Part shown: one piece after another, positions 57,459 to 64,000 of the stretch
Numbering within the stretch: position 1 is the first letter of the stretch
Layout: every line of letters begins with the position of its first letter
From: an uncultured Planctomycetota bacterium
GTDB lineage: Bacteria; Planctomycetota; PLA2; JAEUHO01
Assembly: GCA_963752285.1 (NCBI GenBank)
Contig: CAVVXN010000005.1
Location: 928,001 to 992,000, forward strand
Length of the DNA: 64,000 nucleotides
Direction of reading: 5' to 3'
Notes under the pieces: generated by a model
What the model saw: the letters and a program-made list of their open reading frames with translations, nothing else
Database searches by the model: none
What the model was told of the DNA's origin: nothing
Made by a program: the position numbers and the translations under genes

Positions 57459-58907
57459 TCAGCGCCGCGGGTCGGCGAGACGGTGCTGGTGCGCGCCCGG
57501 CGCGCGGGGACGGCGCGGCGGGTGGAGCTCGAACGCGTGCCCCGCGCGGCGCGGCGCCGGGCCGAGCGCGCGCCAGTCGCGCACCGGGTCCTCCTCGAAG
57601 AAGTGGCGCTCCCGACCGAAGGCGGGGACCAGGTCGTCGAGCCAGGTCGCGTCGGCGTCGTAGCGGGCGAAGAACGGCCGACCCGCCCAGGAGGGGTTCC
57701 GCGCCTGGAGGAAGCGGAGGCAGAACACCTTCTCGCCGTGGACCTGCGAGACGCCGTCCACGACGACCTTCCCGGGCTCGGCCGACATGGCGGGCCCGCG
57801 CGCCGTCCGACCGAGGCCCGACACGGCGTTCCTCGCCCCGCGATAGATCTCGTGCGCGCGCGCGAGGGGCAGGTGGTAGTAGCGCTTCGCGCCGGTGTCG
57901 CGCTCCACGAACATGTAGTAGGGCACGCAGCCGAGCCGGACCTGCTCCCGCCAGAGCCGCGCCCAGACCTGGGGGTCGTCGTTCACGTGGCGGATCACGG
58001 GCGCCTGCGTGCGCACGACGGCGCCGGCGTCGCGAAGCCGGCGGATCGCCCGCCGCGCGATCTCGGGCTCGAGCTCCCGCGGATGAGAACCGTGCGCCAT
58101 GATCGCGACATGACGGCCGTTCTCGACCACGCGCTCGATCAGTCGAAGGAGGTCGTCCGCGTCGCGGTCCGTCACGAAGCGGTGCGGCCAGTACGCGAGC
58201 GCCTTCGTCCCGATGCGGACGTTTTGGACGTGCGCGAGCTCGTCCGAGAGCAGCGGCTCGATCCACCGGGCGAGGACCCGCGTGGAGAGGATCATCGGGT
58301 CGCCGCCCGTCAGCAGGACGTCCGTCGCCTCCGGGTGCCGGGCCAGGTACGCGGCCAGGAGCGCGGGATCGCGACACGCCTGCTTCAGATCCTCGATCCC
58401 GACGAACTGCGCCCAGCGGAAGCAGTATCCGCAGTACGCGTGACACGTCTGCGCGGCCGCCGGGAACACGAGCACCGTCTCGCGGTACTTGTGCTGCAGC
58501 CCCGCGAGCGGCTGGCCGTCGAGCGTGGGGACGTTCCGCTCGAGCTGCGCCCCCGGATGCGGGTTCAGCGCCCGGCGCACGCCGTCCGCCGCCTCGCGGA
58601 CCTCCCCCGGCGGGGCGCCCCGATCGACGAGCGTCGCGATCCGGTCGTACGCGTCGGGCTCCAGCATGTCGCGGTGCGGGAAGACGAGCCGGTACATCGG
58701 GTCGTCGGGCGCGCGCGACCAGTCGATCAGGTGCTCGAGGACGTAGTCGTTCACGCGGAACGGCAGGACGCTCGCCACGACCCGGATGTCCCGTCTCACC
58801 TCCTCGCCGAGACGCTCCACGACCGGCAGGTCGGCGAGGCGCGGGCCCGTGTGCACCACGGGCCGGGGGAACGACGAGCGAGGTCCGAGAGCGTGGGTCG
58901 GCGGCAT
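57459..58907 (-). CDS. KamA-family radical SAM 2,3-aminomutase
   Basis: PFRVNDYV, GLQHKYRETVL, QTCHAYCGYCFRW, VLLTGGDP, IGTK, PYYMFVERDTG. Confidence 0.88.
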   Translation of the reverse strand: MPPTHALGPRSSFPRPVVHTGPRLADLPVVERLGEEVRRDIRVVASVLPFRVNDYVLEHLIDWSRAPDDPMYRLVFPHRDMLEPDAYDRIATLVDRGAPPGEVREAADGVRRALNPHPGAQLERNVPTLDGQPLAGLQHKYRETVLVFPAAAQTCHAYCGYCFRWAQFVGIEDLKQACRDPALLAAYLARHPEATDVLLTGGDPMILSTRVLARWIEPLLSDELAHVQNVRIGTKALAYWPHRFVTDRDADDLLRLIERVVENGRHVAIMAHGSHPRELEPEIARRAIRRLRDAGAVVRTQAPVIRHVNDDPQVWARLWREQVRLGCVPYYMFVERDTGAKRYYHLPLARAHEIYRGARNAVSGLGRTARGPAMSAEPGKVVVDGVSQVHGEKVFCLRFLQARNPSWAGRPFFARYDADATWLDDLVPAFGRERHFFEEDPVRDWRALGPAPRRAGHAFELHPPRRPRAPGAHQHRLADPRR

Positions 58908-59116
58908 CGAGACTCCGGTCGGGGCGAGGGATCCAGCGGGGAAGACCCCGTGCGGGGCCGGGTCGCGCCGATCGCGGAGGACCGCGCCGACGCGGGCGAC
59001 GCACGCGTCGAGGGGCCGACGAGGTCGCGAGACCGATCCCCGCCCGCGTCCCGTCGTCGTTTGGCCACCGCGCCGCCGGGAAGGCGACGCGCGACCGTCT
59101 CGACGCGCGCTCGCGG

Positions 59117-59145
59117 ATGCTACCCGCAGACGCGGCTGCGCACAA
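59117..59145 (-). promoter_or_regulatory. Sigma70-like promoter upstream of the KamA-like gene
   Basis: TTGTGC-N17-TAGCAT on the minus strand. Confidence 0.5.
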
Positions 59146-59160
59146 CCCACCGGCCGCCCG

Positions 59161-60543
59161 TCAGCACTCGGGAAGACTCACGGCGAGCCCTCCCTCGGCG
59201 GTCTCCTTGTACTCGCGGCGCATGTCGTCGCCCGTGCGCTTCATCACGCGGATCACGCGGTCGAGCGAGATGAGCGGCTGCACGGACGCGTGCAGCGCGA
59301 GCTCCGCCGCGCTCCACACCTTGGCCACGCCCATCGCGTTCCGCTCGATGCACGGCGCCTGAACGAGTCCCTTCAGCGGATCGCACGTGAGCCCGAGGTT
59401 GTGCTCGATCGCGATCTCCGCGGCGACCTCGCACTGGATCGGGCCGCCGCCGAGGATCTCGCAGAGCGCGGCCGACGCCATGGCGGTCGCGCTGCCGACC
59501 TCGCCCTGACAGCCGATCTCCGCACCGGAGAGGCTCGCGTGCGTCTTGATGATGAGCCCGATCACCCCCGCGGTCGCGAGCGCGCGCCGGATGCGCGGCG
59601 GGTCGAGTCCGAGCCGGTCGGCCGCCTCGACGAGCACGGCGGGCACGATTCCGGCGGCGCCGTTCGTCGGCGCCGTGACCACGCGGCCGCCCGCGGCGTT
59701 CTCCTCGTTCACGGCGAGGGCGTAGGCCTGGGCGCGCGCGATGTGCGCGTACCCCGTGTCCACACGCCCCTCACGGACGCGTTCGTACAGGTCCGCGGCG
59801 CGACGCTTCATACCGATCCCACCGGGCAGCTCGCCCCGCCGGCCGAGACCCCGGCGAATCGAGGCGCGCATCGCACCCCACACGAGGTCGAGGCCTTCGG
59901 CCGTCTCGCCGGGCACGACGTCCCATCGCGACTCGTTCTCGAGCACGAGGTCGCCGAAGCCGAGGCCCGTCTCCCGCGCCCTCGCGAGGAGCGAGCGGCC
60001 GTCGTAGAACTCGTGCACCGGAGGGACCGGGGCGTCGCCCGCGAAATCGCCGCGGGTACCCGTCCCGTCCCGGACGAATCCGCCCCCGGTGGAGCACCAG
60101 GTCTCCTCGAGGAGGAGTCGTCCCTCCGCGTCGAGCGCGCGGACCACGAGCGTGTTCGGATGCGGGAGGACCTCGTCCCTCGTCTCGGAGAACGAGAGGA
60201 ACCGGACGTCGTCCGGGTGCACGCGGACCTCGCCGGCGCCCCACGGCACGCGGGGGTCGGCCGCGAGCGTCTCGGAGAGCGCGAGCAGCGCGTCCACGTC
60301 GCAGGTGTCGGGCGCCCAGCCGAGCAGCCCGGCGAGCACGGCCCGGTCCGTGCCGTGCCCGCGCCCCGTGGCCGCGAGCGAGCCCTTGAGCGCCACGTCG
60401 AGGCGTGCGGGGACGATGCCCTCGGCGATCGCGCGCTCGCGGAACATCGCCGCGGCCCGCATCGGACCGACGGTGTGACTGGACGAGGGCCCGGGTCCGA
60501 TGCGGTACAGCTCGAGGAGGCGCGTCGTGATCGGCGGCGGCAT
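59161..60543 (-). CDS. sdaA: Fe-S L-serine dehydratase, single chain
   Basis: IGPGPSSSHTVGPM, GSLAATG.GHGTD, AVNEENAAGG.VVTAPTNGAAG, GCQGEVG, HNLGLTCDP, PCIERN, YKETA.GGLA. Confidence 0.96.
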   Translation of the reverse strand: MPPPITTRLLELYRIGPGPSSSHTVGPMRAAAMFRERAIAEGIVPARLDVALKGSLAATGRGHGTDRAVLAGLLGWAPDTCDVDALLALSETLAADPRVPWGAGEVRVHPDDVRFLSFSETRDEVLPHPNTLVVRALDAEGRLLLEETWCSTGGGFVRDGTGTRGDFAGDAPVPPVHEFYDGRSLLARARETGLGFGDLVLENESRWDVVPGETAEGLDLVWGAMRASIRRGLGRRGELPGGIGMKRRAADLYERVREGRVDTGYAHIARAQAYALAVNEENAAGGRVVTAPTNGAAGIVPAVLVEAADRLGLDPPRIRRALATAGVIGLIIKTHASLSGAEIGCQGEVGSATAMASAALCEILGGGPIQCEVAAEIAIEHNLGLTCDPLKGLVQAPCIERNAMGVAKVWSAAELALHASVQPLISLDRVIRVMKRTGDDMRREYKETAEGGLAVSLPEC

Positions 60544-60547
60544 CCCC

Positions 60548-61378
60548 TCATGATCCCTCGGCCGAGGGGGAGACCCCGCCGAGGAGGCAGAGCGCGATGG
60601 CCGCCGCGGCGGCGACGTTCAGCGAGTCCACCGAGGGGTCGATCGGGATCCGCGCGCAGCGTGGCGCCCGCGCCAGCGCCTCGCGAGAGAGCCCGAGGCC
60701 CTCCGAGCCGAGGAGCAGCGCCCGCCGCGCGCCCAGGCCGGCCTGGACGTCCGCGATCGGGCGCGCGTCGGGCGCCGGGGTCAGGGCGACCACGTCGTAG
60801 CCGGCGTCCCGAAGGCGGTCGAGCGCGTCCGGCCACGGGACGGCGTCGGCGTACGGCAGCCGGAGCGCCGTCCCGAGCGAGGTCCTCAGCGCCTTCCGGT
60901 AGAGCGGGTGGGCGCAGCCCGGCGCGAGGAGCACGCACGTCGCGCCGAACGCCAGCGCGCTCCGGAAGATCGCCCCCACGTTGTCCGGGTCGGTGACGCC
61001 CTCGAGGACGACGACGAGCCGCGGCCCCGGCGCGAGCGCCCGCGGCCACGCGTCGGTCGTGGTCGGCAGGCGGGCGAGGCCTACGCAGCCCTGGTGGAAG
61101 CGGACGCCCGCGATCCCCGCGATCGTGGACGGCGCGTCCACGACCAGCACGTCGGCCCCCGCGGGGACCCTCGCGAGGGTCTCGCCGAGCCACGCGCGCG
61201 CCGGGGGTGTCAGCAGCAGGGCGACGAGCGCCTCCGGCCGCTCGCGAAGCAGCCGCGCGACCGTGCGCCGCCCCTCCGCCACGAAGAGGCCCTGGCGCCG
61301 GACGAGCGCCGGATCCGTCACGGTCCGGAACGGGTCCAGCCGCGGGTCGTCCGGGTCGAGGATCGGCGTCTCGACCAT
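60548..61378 (-). CDS. TrmH/SpoU family RNA methyltransferase
   Basis: FVAEG, DPDNVGAIFRS, LLGSEG.GLS, VDSLNVAAAAAI. Confidence 0.9.
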   Translation of the reverse strand: MVETPILDPDDPRLDPFRTVTDPALVRRQGLFVAEGRRTVARLLRERPEALVALLLTPPARAWLGETLARVPAGADVLVVDAPSTIAGIAGVRFHQGCVGLARLPTTTDAWPRALAPGPRLVVVLEGVTDPDNVGAIFRSALAFGATCVLLAPGCAHPLYRKALRTSLGTALRLPYADAVPWPDALDRLRDAGYDVVALTPAPDARPIADVQAGLGARRALLLGSEGLGLSREALARAPRCARIPIDPSVDSLNVAAAAAIALCLLGGVSPSAEGS

Positions 61379-61401
61379 GCCGGCCGCGCGGCGCTCGCGC
61401 C

Positions 61402-63999
61402 TCAGACCGACGCGCCGGCCCACGTCTCCACGGGCGGACAGGTGCAGACGAGGTTCTTGTCGCCGTAGACCCCGTCGATGCGTGCGACGGGCGGCCAGAA
61501 CTTCTGGTCGCGCATCCACGGGACCGGGAACGCCGCCTGCTCGCGCGAGTACGGGTGCGACCACGCGTCCGCCGTGACCCGCCGCGACGTGTGCGGCGCG
61601 TTCTTGAGCGGGTTGTCGTCCCTGTCCATCTCGCCCCGTTCGATGGCGTCGATCTCGCCGCGAATCGCGATGAGCGCGTCGCAGAGCCGGTCGAGCTCGG
61701 CCTTCGGCTCGCTCTCGGTCGGCTCGACCATGAGCGTCTCGTGGACCGGGAACGAGACGGTCGGCGCGTGGAACCCGTAGTCCATGAGCCGCTTCGCCAC
61801 GTCCTCCACCGTGACGCCCGCGTCGTGCTTCAGGTGCCGCATGTCGAGGATGAACTCGTGCGCGACCATTCCACGCGCGCCGCGGTACAGGATCGGGAAG
61901 TACGACGAGAGGCGCTTCGCCATGTAGTTGGCGTTCAGGATGGCGACCTCCGTCGCGCGCCGGAGCCCGTCGGCCCCCATCAGCCGCACGTAGACCCACG
62001 GGATCGGCAGGATCCCCGGGCTTCCCCACGGCGCCGCCGCCACCGGGCCGATCGCCTCCCGCCCGCCCGTCGGGACGACGGGGTGGCCGGGGAGGAACGG
62101 CGCGAGGTGTTCGGCGACCCCGATGGGGCCCATGCCCGGCCCGCCGCCGCCGTGCGGGATGCAGAACGTCTTGTGCAGGTTCAGGTGGCACACGTCCGCG
62201 CCGTAGTCGGCGGGCCGACAGATGCCGACCTGGGCGTTCATGTTGGCGCCGTCGAGGTATACCTGCCCGCCCGCGTCGTGGACGATCCTCGTGATCTCGC
62301 GGATGTCCTCCTCGAACACGCCGTGGGTGGACGGGTAGGTCACCATGATCGCGGAGAGGCGCTCCCGGTGCTCGGCCGCCTTCTTCGCGAGGTCCGCGAC
62401 GTCCACGTTCCCGTGCGCGTCGCACGCGACGACCACGACCTTCATGCCGGCCATCACCGCGCTCGCCGGGTTCGTGCCGTGCGCGGACTGCGGGATGAGG
62501 CACACGTCGCGGTGGCCCTCGCCCTGGTGCGCCTGGTAGGCGCGGATCACCAGCATCCCCGTGTACTCGCCCTGCGCGCCCGCGTTGGGCTGGAGCGAGA
62601 CGGCGGTGAACCCGGTGATCTCGGCGAGCCAGCGCTCGAGGTCCTCCCGGATCCGCCGGTAGCCCTGGGCCTGTTCCACGGGCGCGAACGGGTGGATCGA
62701 GGCGAACGCCGGCCATGTGATCGGGAGCATCTCGGCCGTCGCGTTGAGCTTCATCGTGCACGAGCCGAGCGGGATCATGGACGTGGTGAGCGACAGGTCG
62801 CGTCCCTGGAGGCGGTGCACGTAGCGCAGGAACTCGTGCTCCGACCGGCAGACGGCGAAGCACCCGTGGCGGAGCGGCGGCGAGGTGCGCGCGAACGGCG
62901 CGGGCCACGCCGGCTCGGCCTCGTCGGCGAGGTCGTCGAGCGTCGGGGACGCGCCGGAGCCCACGGCGAAGACCGCGATCAGGTCCTCGAGGTCGGGAGC
63001 GAGCACCGTCTCGTCGAGCGACACGCCGACGGCGCCGTCGTCGTAGCGCCGGAGGTTGATCTTGCGCGCGCGGGCCTCGGCCAGCACGGCCTCGCGACGC
63101 GCGGCGTCCATCTCGACCTTCAGCGTGTCGAAGAACGGCTCGTCGCCGATCGCGTAGCCGAGGCGGGTCAGCGCCGCGGCGAGGAGACCCGTGACGCGGC
63201 GGACGCGCGCGGCGATCCGGACGAGGCCGTCGGGGCCGTGGTAGACCGCGTACATCGCCGCCATGATCGCGAGCAGGACCTGCGCGGTGCAGATGTTGCT
63301 CGTCGCCTTGTCGCGGCGGATGTGCTGCTCCCGGGTCTGTAGCGCGAGCCGGAGCGCGGCGCCACCGTCCTGGTCGATCGACACGCCGACGAGGCGACCC
63401 GGCATCTGACGCTTGTACGCGTCCCGCGTGGCGAGGAACGCCGCGTGGGGCCCGCCGTACCCCATCGGGACCCCGAAGCGCTGGGTGCTCCCCACCGCGA
63501 CGTCCGCGCCCCACGCGCCGGGGGGCTCGAGCAGGACGAGCGCGAGCGGGTCGGTGACGCACACGACGAGCGCGCCCACCGCGTGCGCCTTCTCGACGAG
63601 CGACCGGTGGTCGCGGATGCGGCCGTCGGTGTCGGGGTACGCGACGAGGACCCCGACCGTGTCCGAGGACGGCTCCCACGACCGGGGGTCCCCCACCCGG
63701 ACGTCGATCCCGACCGCCTTCGCGCGCGTCTCGACCACGGCGATGGTCTGCGGGTGGCAGCCGCGGTCCACGAGGAACTCGTGCCCGGTCGCGCGCCGGT
63801 TCACCGCGAAGCAGAGGTGCATGGCCTCGGCCGCCGCCGTTCCCTCGTCGAGCAGGCTCGCGTTCGCGACGGGGAGGTCGGTGAGCTCGCTCACCATCGT
63901 CTGGAACGCGAGCAGGGCCTCGAGCCGGCCCTGGGAGATCTCCGCCTGGTAGGGCGTGTACTGCGTGTACCAACCGGGGTTCTCGAGGATGTTCCGCTG
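61402..63999 (-). CDS. gcvP: Glycine dehydrogenase (decarboxylating), 5' truncated by window edge
   Basis: [78 protein letters not shown]. Confidence 0.97.
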   Translation of the reverse strand, partial: QRNILENPGWYTQYTPYQAEISQGRLEALLAFQTMVSELTDLPVANASLLDEGTAAAEAMHLCFAVNRRATGHEFLVDRGCHPQTIAVVETRAKAVGIDVRVGDPRSWEPSSDTVGVLVAYPDTDGRIRDHRSLVEKAHAVGALVVCVTDPLALVLLEPPGAWGADVAVGSTQRFGVPMGYGGPHAAFLATRDAYKRQMPGRLVGVSIDQDGGAALRLALQTREQHIRRDKATSNICTAQVLLAIMAAMYAVYHGPDGLVRIAARVRRVTGLLAAALTRLGYAIGDEPFFDTLKVEMDAARREAVLAEARARKINLRRYDDGAVGVSLDETVLAPDLEDLIAVFAVGSGASPTLDDLADEAEPAWPAPFARTSPPLRHGCFAVCRSEHEFLRYVHRLQGRDLSLTTSMIPLGSCTMKLNATAEMLPITWPAFASIHPFAPVEQAQGYRRIREDLERWLAEITGFTAVSLQPNAGAQGEYTGMLVIRAYQAHQGEGHRDVCLIPQSAHGTNPASAVMAGMKVVVVACDAHGNVDVADLAKKAAEHRERLSAIMVTYPSTHGVFEEDIREITRIVHDAGGQVYLDGANMNAQVGICRPADYGADVCHLNLHKTFCIPHGGGGPGMGPIGVAEHLAPFLPGHPVVPTGGREAIGPVAAAPWGSPGILPIPWVYVRLMGADGLRRATEVAILNANYMAKRLSSYFPILYRGARGMVAHEFILDMRHLKHDAGVTVEDVAKRLMDYGFHAPTVSFPVHETLMVEPTESEPKAELDRLCDALIAIRGEIDAIERGEMDRDDNPLKNAPHTSRRVTADAWSHPYSREQAAFPVPWMRDQKFWPPVARIDGVYGDKNLVCTCPPVETWAGASV

Positions 64000-64000
64000 G

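Overview
Very GC-rich, gene-dense chromosomal segment, most likely from a Planctomycetota bacterium. The evidence is a Planctomycete/Verrucomicrobia-restricted protein, a membrane-anchored ECF sigma fusion, prenyltransferase-repeat proteins, an OmcB-like DUF11 protein, a second dnaA and a second S1 protein. About 45 CDS are supported. Housekeeping genes: holB, tmk, divergent dnaA, glyA, lgt, tyrS, rpsA, cmk, galE, aroA, purC, purE, mtnA, sdaA and partial gcvP. Also present are the aerobic benzoyl-CoA genes boxC-boxB without boxA and many secreted or membrane multidomain proteins. I found no CRISPR array, rRNA, full tRNA or mobile element. Main leads: (1) a co-directional cluster of a periplasmic-binding-protein/metzincin protease fusion, a prenyltransferase-repeat protein and a membrane-tethered ECF sigma factor, a candidate ligand-triggered proteolytic signalling system; (2) a DnaA paralog lacking its arginine finger and sensor II, translationally coupled to a TPR metallopeptidase, tmk and holB; (3) two intergenic rod-like RNA candidates; (4) an archaeal-type SHMT; (5) a recurring leaderless-promoter signature; (6) several apparent pseudo-enzymes. 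All family calls come from motif recognition by eye, not from database searches.
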